Translations under genes and position numbers: made by a program
Notes under the pieces: generated by a model
Databases searched by the model: none
Seen by the model: the letters and a program-made list of their open reading frames with translations, nothing else
Told to the model about the DNA's origin: nothing
Source: Armatimonadota bacterium
GTDB taxonomy: Bacteria > Sysuimicrobiota > Sysuimicrobiia > Sysuimicrobiales > Humicultoraceae
Length of the DNA: 32,615 bases
NCBI GenBank assembly: GCA_037446215.1
Contig: JBBIJB010000008.1
Location: forward strand, 1 to 32,615
Direction: 5' to 3'
In this document: positions 8,561-18,976 of the stretch, one piece after another
How the letters are laid out: each line of letters begins with the position of its first letter
Numbering within the stretch: position 1 is the stretch's first letter

Positions 8561-8597
8561 GTGGTTCTAGAGGACCCTCGCTGAACCGCCCGTGGTG

Positions 8598-9584
8598 CTA
8601 CCTGGGCAGGATCCGGTCGGGGATCCGCACCTTCTTCTCCTCGAAGTAGCGGGCCGCGCCCAAGTGCAGCGGAATCGCCATGCCGTCGAGTGCCTTGAGC
8701 GGGTGGAAGTAGCGCTCGAGGTTGGCGTGGGCGCGCTGGAACTCCTCGACCTTCTCGTCGAACAGGAGCTTGGAGACGCGGTAGACGGAGTCGGGCGTCA
8801 TCTCGGAGGATGCTACGAGCGAGGCCAGCACCGTCACCGTGACCACCGGCGCTTCTACGCCCCTGTAGGCGCCCGCGGGGATCCCGAAGACGCTCAGGAA
8901 CGGGTACTTCTCGCGGATCGTGCGAATCCTGCCCGCGTCCAGGGCCAGGAAGGTAATGGGCGCGGTGAGCGCCGCCTGCATGATGGCGGCGTTGCCGACG
9001 CCGACCGTGTAGAACATGGCGTCGATCCGGCCGTCCTGGAGCAGTTGGACGCCCGCCGTGGCCGACCCACGCACCGTCTGCGAGAGGTCGGAGAAGGTCA
9101 GGCCGAAGGCCTCGAGGATCTGCAGCGAGTTCTGCTCGGTGCCGCTGCCGACGTCGCCGACGTACACGCGCTTACCCTTCATGTCGGCCACGGTCCTTAT
9201 GTCGCGGTCGGAGCGGGCGATGATGTGGATCGGCTCGGGGTAGAGGACCGCGACCCCGCGCAGCTTCGAAGCGGGCTTGCCGCGGAACGCCTCGACGACC
9301 GTGCCCTGGAACCCGTAGAAGCTGATGTCGTTCTGGGCGATGGCCATCTGGAGCTCACCGCTCTGGATGGCGCCGATGTTGAACACGCTCCCGCCGGTGG
9401 ACCGCGCGTTGGCGCGGAGGCCGATGTTGGCGTCGTTGATCATCTTGGCGATGCCGGTGGCGACGGGGAAGTAGACACCGGTAGTGGATCCGGAGCCGAT
9501 GGTGATGAACCCGGCCTGGGCGAAAGCGCCCGATGCGAGCGCCAGCACCAGGGCCGCAACGACGAACGCAGTGCCGTGCTTCAT
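8598..9584 (-). CDS. TAXI-family TRAP solute-binding protein
   Basis: Signal peptide ending AFA-Q; IGSGSTTGVYFPVA, STGGSVFN, LYPEPIHII, GDVGSGTE, IPLHLGAARYF. Strong SD GGGAGGTGA. Confidence 0.95.
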   Translation of the reverse strand: MKHGTAFVVAALVLALASGAFAQAGFITIGSGSTTGVYFPVATGIAKMINDANIGLRANARSTGGSVFNIGAIQSGELQMAIAQNDISFYGFQGTVVEAFRGKPASKLRGVAVLYPEPIHIIARSDRDIRTVADMKGKRVYVGDVGSGTEQNSLQILEAFGLTFSDLSQTVRGSATAGVQLLQDGRIDAMFYTVGVGNAAIMQAALTAPITFLALDAGRIRTIREKYPFLSVFGIPAGAYRGVEAPVVTVTVLASLVASSEMTPDSVYRVSKLLFDEKVEEFQRAHANLERYFHPLKALDGMAIPLHLGAARYFEEKKVRIPDRILPR

Positions 9585-9757
9585 GTCTAACTCACCTCCC
9601 GGATTGGCCGTTCAATGTCCGAGAGACCCAGACTCCTGCGGCTGTGGTTGTGCTCGGGGTAGGGCGGGGCCTGGGTTCTCTGTGAGACGCGCGGGGCTCA
9701 CCCGCACTAGATGAGCCCGCTGTTGCAGCGTAGTTGCCTTGCGACAACCATCATCTA

Positions 9758-9787
9758 ATTCTATCCCGTCTCCGCACCACGGGTCAA
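9758..9787 (-). promoter_or_regulatory. Putative sigma70 promoter for the TAXI-TRAP operon
   Basis: Minus strand TTGACC (9787-9782), 18-nt spacer, TAGAAT (9763-9758). Implies a leader of about 165 nt. Confidence 0.6.
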
Positions 9788-9803
9788 CAGAGCGACCGGC
9801 CGG

Positions 9804-10904
<1,101 letters not shown>

Positions 10905-10981
10905 CTTGTTCCTCCGTCTGTTACTGGAACCGCGGGCATCATCGAGACGCCGTGGTCATCCTTGATATCTTCCCCCAGGGA

Positions 10982-12094
10982 TCATGCCCTTCCTGCATCC
11001 CGCTCTTCTTTCAGGCGGGCCTTCGTCTGGGTGATGATCTCGACGGGAGTGGGGTCCACTCCGGCCATCAGCGCGAGGTAGCAACTGACGAGGTCCCCAA
11101 GGATGATAAGGGAGAAGAGCCTCGCCAGCAACCCTTCTCCCTGTGATCGGGCCTCGCGCACCTCCCCGGCCAGCCCTTCCAGCGTCTCCCGGGCGAGCCG
11201 GATCCGGAGCGCGGCGGCAGGATCTTCGCGCCGGTCGCGCAGCACCACGGCCCGCAGCGGGAGCCCCGCCCTCGCCAGCCCTGCCCATCCCTCGGCCTCG
11301 TTGTGGCTGAGCTCCGGGAAGGTGTTGGCGCAGGCGAACAGCTTGCTGTTCTCGTTGAGCTGGGTCTTCCAGCGCACGGCGACCGGCTCGAGGAGGGGCG
11401 AGGCCGAGTAGACCGCCGGAAGCCCCCCAAAGAGGTAGATGGCGAGGGTCTTGGCAGGGTTTTCTCCCGCGGCCACCTCCGGCCCCCAGAGCGAGGCCAA
11501 GCGCACAAGGAGGAGAGAGGCCTCCCGCACCTCCTCGTCGCCCATCGACGACAGGCCCGAATCCCGGGTGAGGCGCAGCAACGGCAGCATCAGGTAGGGA
11601 AGGGCCGCCCTGGGAGGCAGGCCTGCCGGGATCCGAACGACCTGGTGCCCGTCGGCCTGTGCCCTGCCGGCAAGTGATCCTCCGGAGGTAACCGCCACGA
11701 TCGATGCCCCGGAGGCGCGCGCCGCTGCGTAGGCGGAGAGGGTCTCCTCCGTGTCGCCCGAGTAGGAGCAGGCGAGGAGGAGGGTAGTGGGGCCCACGAA
11801 GGCCGGCAGCCGGTAGTCCTTGACCCCCACGATGGGAACCGGAGAGGTGCCGGCCAGGAGTGCCCGCAGCATGTCGCCTCCCACGCCTGATCCGCCCATG
11901 CCTGCGACCACCACGGCCGTGGGGCGCGCCGCCGGAGGCACCACGCCCGAGGCCGCCTCCCACCCCTCCAGGAGCATGGCGCCCATCCGGAGCGTGCGGT
12001 CCAGCATCCCGGAGCGGTCGATCCGCGCGGCATGGGCCGGCTCGTCCAGAGCGGCCGCGGCGGCGTCCTGGCGCCTGCTCGCCTCCTTCTCCAT
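10982..12094 (-). CDS. Bifunctional phosphoglucose/phosphomannose isomerase (SIS family)
   Basis: GMGGSG, SYSGDTEET, TSGG, PRAALP, QLNENSK, PELSHNE. Start set at ATG 12094 (AGAGAGGG upstream); the longer ORF start at 12199 is unlikely. Confidence 0.88.
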   Translation of the reverse strand: MEKEASRRQDAAAAALDEPAHAARIDRSGMLDRTLRMGAMLLEGWEAASGVVPPAARPTAVVVAGMGGSGVGGDMLRALLAGTSPVPIVGVKDYRLPAFVGPTTLLLACSYSGDTEETLSAYAAARASGASIVAVTSGGSLAGRAQADGHQVVRIPAGLPPRAALPYLMLPLLRLTRDSGLSSMGDEEVREASLLLVRLASLWGPEVAAGENPAKTLAIYLFGGLPAVYSASPLLEPVAVRWKTQLNENSKLFACANTFPELSHNEAEGWAGLARAGLPLRAVVLRDRREDPAAALRIRLARETLEGLAGEVREARSQGEGLLARLFSLIILGDLVSCYLALMAGVDPTPVEIITQTKARLKEERDAGRA

Positions 12095-12181
12095 CGCCCT
12101 CTCTGTTCGGCCGGCGCGATGGCTTCTCCTGGCCCCCTGCGACAGGTTCCACGCGCCGCGGGACGAATCTATGCGGGTGTC

Positions 12182-12520
12182 ATGGAAGAGCAGGCGCATC
12201 CCCGGCGCCTCTCGGGGTCGGAGGTCAGGAAGATAGTCCAGCTGCGCGAGCGGCTGCGCGACGGCGCCATCGGCCTACCCCGTGAGGCCCAGCGCGACAT
12301 CCTCCGCGCCCTCGGCGAGGCACGGCGGCGGAGGACGGGAGGAGGCGGGGGCGGGTGGGAGCCCCCGGCGATGACGCCAGCAGAACTCATCCGCGAGATA
12401 AGGTGGCGCGTGGATACGGCACCGCTGGATGAGTTGATCGCGGCGGCGGCCGCGCTCGAGAGGGCAAGAGGACGGGCCGCCAAGGGTGCCGGGCGGGCGG
12501 CGCGGAGGATGGGAGGCTGA
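12182..12520 (+). CDS. Hypothetical small basic helical protein with two repeats and a poly-Gly linker
   Basis: Fills the gap 11 nt upstream of the epimerase on the same strand and shows an amphipathic helical pattern. Start uncertain (12182, or 12371 with a GGGAG SD). Confidence 0.6.
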   Translation: MEEQAHPRRLSGSEVRKIVQLRERLRDGAIGLPREAQRDILRALGEARRRRTGGGGGGWEPPAMTPAELIREIRWRVDTAPLDELIAAAAALERARGRAAKGAGRAARRMGG

Positions 12521-12531
12521 CGAGGAGAACG

Positions 12532-13455
12532 ATGCGCGTTCTGGTCACCGGGGGTGCCGGGTTCATAGGCTCGCAGGTCGCGGAGGCGCACGTCGCGCGG
12601 GGGGACGAGGTGGCCGTGGTCGACTCCCTGGTGGGAGGACGCCGGGAGTACGTGCCTCCCGAGGCCCGGTTCTACCAGATGGACATTCGCGACCCTGCGC
12701 TGCGGGAGGTCTTCGAGAGGGAGCGGCCGCAGGTGGTGAGCCACCACGCCGCCCAGGTCTCGGTCAGCGTCTCCACCAGGGAGCCGCTGCTCGACGCCGA
12801 GACCAACGTCCTGGGCACGCTCCGGGTGGCAGCCCTTGCGGTCGAGTCAGGGGTAGAGCGTCTGGTCTTTGCCTCGACCGGGGGAGCGCTCTACGGCGAG
12901 CCCGACCTCCTCCCCGCGGACGAGGGGACTCCGTTGCGCCCCCTGAGCCCGTACGGCTGCGCGAAGGCGGCCGCGGAGGGCTATCTCGAGCTCTACAGGA
13001 GGCTGGCAGGGCTTGGCGCATGCAGCCTTCGCTACTCCAACGTCTACGGCCCGCGGCAGGATCCTCACGGTGAGGCGGGCGTCGTTGCGATCTTCGCTAG
13101 GGCGCTGCTCGATGGGCAGGGCGCAACGATCTTCGGCGACGGCGAGCAGACCAGGGACTTCGTCTTCGTTGAGGACGTGGTGCGGGCGAATCTGCTGGCG
13201 GCAGACAGCCGCGCCGAGGGCCCTTTCAATATCGGGACCGGGGTAGCCACGACGGTCAACGCCGTCTACCGGACGCTGGCGGCCTTGACCGGCGTCTCCT
13301 ACGCGCCCTCCTACTCCCCGGCCCGCGACGGCGACGTCCTCCACATAACGCTCTCGTGCCACGCCGCCCGCGAGGGCCTGGGGTGGCGTCCAGCGGTCGC
13401 GATCGAGGAAGGGTTGGAGGCCACGGCCAGATGGTTCCGCGATAGGGGCGCCTAG
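12532..13455 (+). CDS. NAD-dependent NDP-sugar epimerase/dehydratase (UDP-glucose 4-epimerase-like)
   Basis: VTGGAGFIGS, HHAAQVSV, STGGALYG, YGCAK (YxxxK), NVYGPRQDPHGEAGVV, GDGEQTRDFV. SD GAGGAG. Confidence 0.93.
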   Translation: MRVLVTGGAGFIGSQVAEAHVARGDEVAVVDSLVGGRREYVPPEARFYQMDIRDPALREVFERERPQVVSHHAAQVSVSVSTREPLLDAETNVLGTLRVAALAVESGVERLVFASTGGALYGEPDLLPADEGTPLRPLSPYGCAKAAAEGYLELYRRLAGLGACSLRYSNVYGPRQDPHGEAGVVAIFARALLDGQGATIFGDGEQTRDFVFVEDVVRANLLAADSRAEGPFNIGTGVATTVNAVYRTLAALTGVSYAPSYSPARDGDVLHITLSCHAAREGLGWRPAVAIEEGLEATARWFRDRGA

Positions 13456-13527
13456 GGCCTCCGCCAGGGCCGAGGGGGCGCCGTGAAGGACTTGGTCTCC
13501 TCGGCGAAAAAGAGAGTCGGAGGCGCC

Positions 13528-15249
13528 ATGGCCCTTGCCCGCGGAAGCTACATCCTCGTGCTGCATGCCCACGTGCCGTTTGTGCTCGGGCACGGCAGAT
13601 GGCCCCACGGCAGCGACTGGCTCACAGAAGCCGCGATCGGATCGTACCTGCCGCTGGTCGGCGCGCTGGGGCGCGCCCTGGCCCCGGGCGAGCGCGCCGC
13701 GGTCACCATCGATCTCTCTCCGATCCTGTGCGAGCAGATGGCGCACCCTTCGTTCCAGAGCAAGGTGGACGAGTTCCTGCGCCGGCGGCTCGAGTTCGCT
13801 GCGGAGAACCGGGCTCACTTCGAGCGGTCCGGCGAAGGCGACCTGGCGGATCTGACGGGGTTCTGGGAGCGCGTCTATGCGCAGACGCTGGAGCAGTTCG
13901 GCGCGCTCGACGGGGATCTGCTGCGCGCGTTCGGGCTCCTGGCAGAGAGCGGGCGCGCAGAGCTCGTGACCACGGCGGCTACGCACGGATACCTGCCGCT
14001 GCTGGGGCGGGAGGAGTCGGTTGACCTCCAGCTCAGGGCTGCCAGGGAAGCGCACCGAAGGCACTTCGGAACTCCCCCCGAAGGGGCTTGGCTGCCGGAG
14101 TGCGGATACCGGCCGAGATACGAGTGGACACCGCCCGCGGGCCCCCAGGCAGGCAAGGTCCGGAGGCGGCGCCGCGGGATAGAGGAGTCCCTCGCGGATC
14201 TCGGCCTGGGCTGCTTCGTCACCGACGCCCATCTGCTGAGAGGAGGGGAGGCCATCCCGGCCCACCGCGACTACTATCCCACGCCCCGCGCGGCCGCGGC
14301 CGGAGCCGAGCATCCGCCCCACCGCCGGATGGAGCGATCGCTTGGCACCTCATACGTCGTGGCTTCGCGCGGGGGCGGTGGGACCGCGGTGGCGTTCGTG
14401 CGGGATCCCGCGGTCAGCCAGCAGGTATGGAGTAGGGAGTCGGGCTACCCCGGCGGCCCGTGGTACCTGGAGTTCCACAAGAAGCACTTCCCCGGAGGGA
14501 TCCGCTACTGGAGGGTCACTGACCCAAGGGGCGGCCTGGGATCCAAGGCCGCCTACGATCCCGTCCGGGCTCTCGAGGCGGCCACCGGAGACGCGGCCCG
14601 GTACGCGGAGGTGATCGGCAGGACACTCGATGCCGAGACGCCGCGGCTGGCGGGAGCGGCCCAGGCGTGTGCGCCCTTCGACGCCGAGCTGTTCGGTCAC
14701 TGGTGGTTCGAGGGCCCGACGTTCCTGGAGGAGTTGCTCCGGCTGCTGCCGTCGCAGGGGATCACCGCCGAGAGCATGGGCCGGGCCAGGGAGAGCCATC
14801 CGCCGGGGGACCGGGTGGGCCTGCTCGAGGGGTCGTGGGGTGAAGGCGGCGACCACCGCGTGTGGCTCAACCGCGAGACGGAGTGGACCTGGGACCTGGC
14901 ATACGCGGCCGAGGAGGAGTTCTGGGCGGCGGCGGCCCCGGGCACCTGGGAAGCGCATCCCTTCCTGCGTCGCGTGGTCGCGCAGATGGCCCGCGAGCTG
15001 CTGTTGATGCAATCCTCGGACTGGCAGTTCCTGATCACGACCTGGGCCGCACGGAACTACGCCGAGTCGCGCTTCGCGGAGCACCACGCCCACTTCAACA
15101 GGCTCCGCGACACGCAGAACCGTATCGCCCGGGGCTACCCCGTGCAGCGCGAGGACGAGGAGTTCCTGGCGGGAAGAGAGGCGCAGGACTTCGCCTTCCC
15201 AGACGTTCTAGACCACGTCGCGGAGGCGCGCGAGGTGAAATCGACGTGA
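13528..15249 (+). CDS. GH57 1,4-alpha-glucan branching enzyme (DUF1957-type)
   Basis: LVLHAHVPFV, ATHGYLPL, WLPECGY (nucleophile Glu), PFDAELFGHWWFEG (acid/base Asp), RELLLMQSSDWQF. GGAGG precedes ATG 13528. Confidence 0.92.
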   Translation: MALARGSYILVLHAHVPFVLGHGRWPHGSDWLTEAAIGSYLPLVGALGRALAPGERAAVTIDLSPILCEQMAHPSFQSKVDEFLRRRLEFAAENRAHFERSGEGDLADLTGFWERVYAQTLEQFGALDGDLLRAFGLLAESGRAELVTTAATHGYLPLLGREESVDLQLRAAREAHRRHFGTPPEGAWLPECGYRPRYEWTPPAGPQAGKVRRRRRGIEESLADLGLGCFVTDAHLLRGGEAIPAHRDYYPTPRAAAAGAEHPPHRRMERSLGTSYVVASRGGGGTAVAFVRDPAVSQQVWSRESGYPGGPWYLEFHKKHFPGGIRYWRVTDPRGGLGSKAAYDPVRALEAATGDAARYAEVIGRTLDAETPRLAGAAQACAPFDAELFGHWWFEGPTFLEELLRLLPSQGITAESMGRARESHPPGDRVGLLEGSWGEGGDHRVWLNRETEWTWDLAYAAEEEFWAAAAPGTWEAHPFLRRVVAQMARELLLMQSSDWQFLITTWAARNYAESRFAEHHAHFNRLRDTQNRIARGYPVQREDEEFLAGREAQDFAFPDVLDHVAEAREVKST

Positions 15250-16481
15250 AGGCAGGCTCGCTTCCGGCAAGGCAGAGGGTGCTCGGGTTCATACTGGCCG
15301 GAGGCCGGGGCGAGCGGCTTCAGCCGCTCACGCGGGAGCGCGGCAAGCCCGCGGTGCCCTTCGGCGGCAAGTACAGGATCATAGACTTCGCGCTCTCCAA
15401 CTTCGTCAACTCGGGCATCTACGCGATCTACGCGCTGGTCCAGTACAAGTCGCAGTCGCTGATCGAGCACATGAGGATGGGCTGGAGGTTCGGCGGGCTG
15501 CCCTACCACTTCGTGATCGCCGTCCCGCCCCAGATGCGCTGGGCCGAGACGTGGTACCGCGGCACCGCGGACGCGATCTACCAGAACCTCAACCTGATGC
15601 GCGACTACGACCCGGACATAGTCGCGGTCTTCGGGGCGGATCACATCTACAGGATGGACATAGGCCAGATGCTCGCCTTCCACCTGGAGCGCGAGGCCGA
15701 GGTGACCGTGGCGGCCCTGCCGGTCCCCCTCGAGAAGGCGTCGGGGTTCGGAATCGTCGAGCAGGACGCCGAGGCACGGATAGTGGGGTTCGAGGAGAAA
15801 CCGGCGCACCCGCGGCCGATGCCCCAAGACCCCGGGCGCGCCCTGTCGTCGATGGGCAACTACATCTTCAACCGCGACATCCTCGTTGAGGCGCTGGTCG
15901 AGGACGCCCGCCGGAGCACCGACCACGACTTCGGGAGGACGATAATACCGGAGCTGTTCCCCCACGCGAGGGTCTACGCCTACAACTTCCAGGACAACGT
16001 GGTGCCCGGGACCAAGCCGCATGAGGAGCACGGCTACTGGCGCGACGTGGGCACGATCGAGGCCTACTGGCAGGCCCACATGGACCTGCTCGGGCCCGAG
16101 CCGGTCTTCGACCTCGACAACCCGCAGTGGCCCATCCTCACCGCCGCCTACGGCGGTCCTCCCGCGCAGATGACGGGAGGCGAGATAGTGGACTCGCTCG
16201 TCGGTGAGGGCTCCCGGGTAGAGCACGCTACGATCCGGCGCTCGATACTCGGCAGGGGCGTCAGGATCGAGGCGGGGGCGCACATCGAGGAGTCGATCGT
16301 GATGGACCACACCACCGTGGGCAGGGGCGCCCGCCTGCGCCGAGTGATCGCCGACCGGTTCAACGCGATCCCCGAGGGAAGCGAGATCGGCCTGGACCGG
16401 GCCCGTGACATCCTCAACCACGGGGCGGATCCCTCGGGGATAGTCGTCCTGGCGCGGGGCCTGACCCGGCAGCGCCGGTGA
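15246..16481 (+). CDS. glgC: Glucose-1-phosphate adenylyltransferase (ADP-glucose pyrophosphorylase)
   Basis: ILAGGRGERL, KPAVPFGGKYRIIDFALSN, WYRGTADA, FEEKP, SMGNYIF, YWRDVGT, C-terminal beta-helix. GTGA overlap with the upstream gene. Confidence 0.95.
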   Translation: MKAGSLPARQRVLGFILAGGRGERLQPLTRERGKPAVPFGGKYRIIDFALSNFVNSGIYAIYALVQYKSQSLIEHMRMGWRFGGLPYHFVIAVPPQMRWAETWYRGTADAIYQNLNLMRDYDPDIVAVFGADHIYRMDIGQMLAFHLEREAEVTVAALPVPLEKASGFGIVEQDAEARIVGFEEKPAHPRPMPQDPGRALSSMGNYIFNRDILVEALVEDARRSTDHDFGRTIIPELFPHARVYAYNFQDNVVPGTKPHEEHGYWRDVGTIEAYWQAHMDLLGPEPVFDLDNPQWPILTAAYGGPPAQMTGGEIVDSLVGEGSRVEHATIRRSILGRGVRIEAGAHIEESIVMDHTTVGRGARLRRVIADRFNAIPEGSEIGLDRARDILNHGADPSGIVVLARGLTRQRR

Positions 16482-18886
16482 GCGCGCTCTTCTGCATCCA
16501 CGGCCACTTCTACCAGCCGTCCCGGGAGAACCCGTGGCTCGACTTCGTGGAGGTGGACGACTCGGCCGCGCCCGCGCACGACTGGAACGACCGGGTCAAC
16601 CTGGAGTGCTACGCGCCCAACGCCTCCGCGCGGATGTTGGACGGGAAGGGCAGGATCGCCCGGATCGCCAACAACTACGCCTCGATCTCCTTCGACCTGG
16701 CGCCGTCGCTGGGGCGCTGGCTGGAGCGCCACGCGCCCGAGGTGTACTCGGCCTTCCAGGAGGCCGACCGGAGGAGCGTGGCCGAGCGGGGCTTTGGGAA
16801 TGCCGTCGCGCACCCTTACACCCATGTGATCCTCCCGCTGGCCCCGCGTCAGGAGAAGATGGTCCAGGTGCGCTGGGGGATCGCCGACTTCAGGAGGCGG
16901 TTCGGCCGCCCCCCGGAAGGGATGTGGCTGCCCGAGACGGCGGTGGACAACGAAACCCTGGCGGTGCTGGCGGAGTGCGGGATCGCATACACGATCCTGG
17001 CGCCTCACCAGGCCAGGCGCGTCCGGGCGGCCCCCTCGGGGGAGTGGGTAGAGGTTCGGCCGGAGGTGCTGGACACAACGCGCGCCTACACCTGCCGCCC
17101 GGCCGCGGGCCTGTCGATCGCGCTCTTCTTCTACGATGGGCCGATGTCCCGGGACGTCGCGTTCGGAGGGCTGCTGGAGAGCGGCGACGAGATGGTTGGG
17201 AGGCTGCTCGCCGCCGCCTCCGACTCCGAGTGGAGCGGCGGCAGCCTGGTCCACATCGCCACGGACGGCGAGACCTACGGGCACCACCGCAAGTTCGGCG
17301 AGATGGCGCTCGCCCGCGCGACCTCCGTGCTCGACGGTGGAGGGGACGGCGAGGTCACGAACTACGCGGCGTTCCTCGCGGACCACCCTCCCACGCACGA
17401 GGTCGAGATCAACGAGAGGACCTCGTGGTCGTGCGCCCACGGCATCGAGAGGTGGAGGTCCGACTGCGGCTGCCGGACCAGGGGCGACTGGCACCAGCGC
17501 TGGCGCGGCCCCCTGCGTGAATCGCTCGAGTGGCTGAGGGAGGAGTGCGACGCGCTCGCGGAGGAGGCAGGCCCGCGCCTGCTCTACGACCCGCAGGCCG
17601 CCAGGGACTCCTACATCGAGGTGCTGCAGAACGGCAACAGGGGAGCCACCGAGCGGTTCCTAGCGGGCCAGGCGCTGCGCCCAAGGGATCCGGGCGATCG
17701 GAGAGCAGTGCTCAGCCTCATGGAGATGCAGCGCCACGCGATGCAGATGTTCGCCTCGGACGGGTGGTTCTTCGACGAGATCTCCCGTGCCGAGCCGGTG
17801 CAGTTGCTCAGGCACGCCGCGCGCGTGATACAGCTGGCCGCCCGGTTCGGGCGGGAGCTGGAGGCACCGTTCCTCGAGCGCCTCGGTGGGGCCGAGGGTA
17901 ACCTGCCCGCCTACCCCGACGGCAGGGCGGTCTACGAGCGCCTCGCGAGGCCCGCCTCGGTGGATGCCCGGCGCGTGGCCGCGCATCACGCGATCACCTC
18001 GATCTTCGCCGATCAGCCCGACGAGTCGGAGATCTACTCGTATGCCGTGGCCCGGCGCGGCTGGAGGCGTGTGGCCCGCGGCCCGCACACGCTGCTGCTG
18101 GGAAGGGTCCAGGTCACGGAGAGGCAGACCGGCGAGGCGGACCTGGTCTCGTGCGCGGCCCTGCACATGGGCGGAACAGAGGTCCACTGCTGCGTGGCGG
18201 CCGGCTGGGACGAGGAGGCGCATGCCTTCGCGTCTGACGCGCTGGCCCTGGCGATCGAGACCGGGGCCGTGGCCGAGGTGATCAGGCAGATGGACGACCT
18301 GTTCGGGCGGCGGTCCTACACGCTACGAGACCTGTTCGCGGAGGAGCGCAGGCAGGTGCTCGCCCGCCTCTCGGCCGAGACGCTGACGCGCCTGGAGTCG
18401 TCCTACAGGCAGATCTACCTCGAGAGCCGCGGCCTGATGGCGACGCTGAGGGATGCCGATGTGCCGGTGCCCAAGGAGTTCACGGCGGCGGTCGAGTTCA
18501 TCCTTACCTCCGACCTCAGCCGGGCGATCGCGGCTCCGGGGGTGCTGGGCGACGGGGCGTGGCAGGCCCTGGAGGAGCTGCGCTCGTGGGGCATAGCGGC
18601 GGCGACCGAGGTTTTTGAGCCGCTGCTCCGGGCGCGCGTGGAGCAGCGCCTGCGCGACGCGGAGGGGCTCTTTTTGGTGGAGAACCTCCAGGAGATCGGC
18701 CGCACCCTCGACTTGGCGAGCGACGCCGGGATCACGGTCAACCTCTGGCAGGCGCAGAACCTGTTCCAGACGCGCCTCCTCCCCCTCCTCCACGGGCTCG
18801 AGCAGGGCCCGCCCGGCGAAGCGAGCCTGGAGGCGGCCCGGGCCGCGCTCGAGACGGCGGCAGAGCGGCTCTACTTCAGCAGGTAG
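16478..18886 (+). CDS. GH57-family glycoside hydrolase with DUF3536-like C-terminal region
   Basis: CIHGHFYQPSRENPW, HDWNDR, GMWLPETAVD, ATDGETYGHH, SWSCAHGIERWRSDCGC, MFASDGWFFDE. GTGA-coupled to glgC. Confidence 0.9.
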   Translation: MSALFCIHGHFYQPSRENPWLDFVEVDDSAAPAHDWNDRVNLECYAPNASARMLDGKGRIARIANNYASISFDLAPSLGRWLERHAPEVYSAFQEADRRSVAERGFGNAVAHPYTHVILPLAPRQEKMVQVRWGIADFRRRFGRPPEGMWLPETAVDNETLAVLAECGIAYTILAPHQARRVRAAPSGEWVEVRPEVLDTTRAYTCRPAAGLSIALFFYDGPMSRDVAFGGLLESGDEMVGRLLAAASDSEWSGGSLVHIATDGETYGHHRKFGEMALARATSVLDGGGDGEVTNYAAFLADHPPTHEVEINERTSWSCAHGIERWRSDCGCRTRGDWHQRWRGPLRESLEWLREECDALAEEAGPRLLYDPQAARDSYIEVLQNGNRGATERFLAGQALRPRDPGDRRAVLSLMEMQRHAMQMFASDGWFFDEISRAEPVQLLRHAARVIQLAARFGRELEAPFLERLGGAEGNLPAYPDGRAVYERLARPASVDARRVAAHHAITSIFADQPDESEIYSYAVARRGWRRVARGPHTLLLGRVQVTERQTGEADLVSCAALHMGGTEVHCCVAAGWDEEAHAFASDALALAIETGAVAEVIRQMDDLFGRRSYTLRDLFAEERRQVLARLSAETLTRLESSYRQIYLESRGLMATLRDADVPVPKEFTAAVEFILTSDLSRAIAAPGVLGDGAWQALEELRSWGIAAATEVFEPLLRARVEQRLRDAEGLFLVENLQEIGRTLDLASDAGITVNLWQAQNLFQTRLLPLLHGLEQGPPGEASLEAARAALETAAERLYFSR

Positions 18887-18941
18887 CCCCTCGGCGTCGA
18901 GAGAGGAGTTCCTCCGCCAGGCAGGGACGGGGCTCCATATA

Positions 18942-18970
18942 TTGACATTCATCGAAATATCTGGTACCAT
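18942..18970 (+). promoter_or_regulatory. Sigma70 promoter of arsR-arsM with overlapping putative ArsR operator
   Basis: TTGACA (18942-18947), 17 nt, TACCAT (18965-18970). An AT-rich imperfect inverted repeat ATATT-GACATTCATCGA-AATAT (18939-18960) covers the -35 and spacer. Confidence 0.75.
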
Positions 18971-18976
18971 CGCCGC

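Noticed and set aside
14862..15245. 128-aa N-terminal extension of GlgC
   Set aside because: It lies inside the GH57 branching enzyme gene in another frame. GTG 15246 has an SD and a GTGA coupling overlap.
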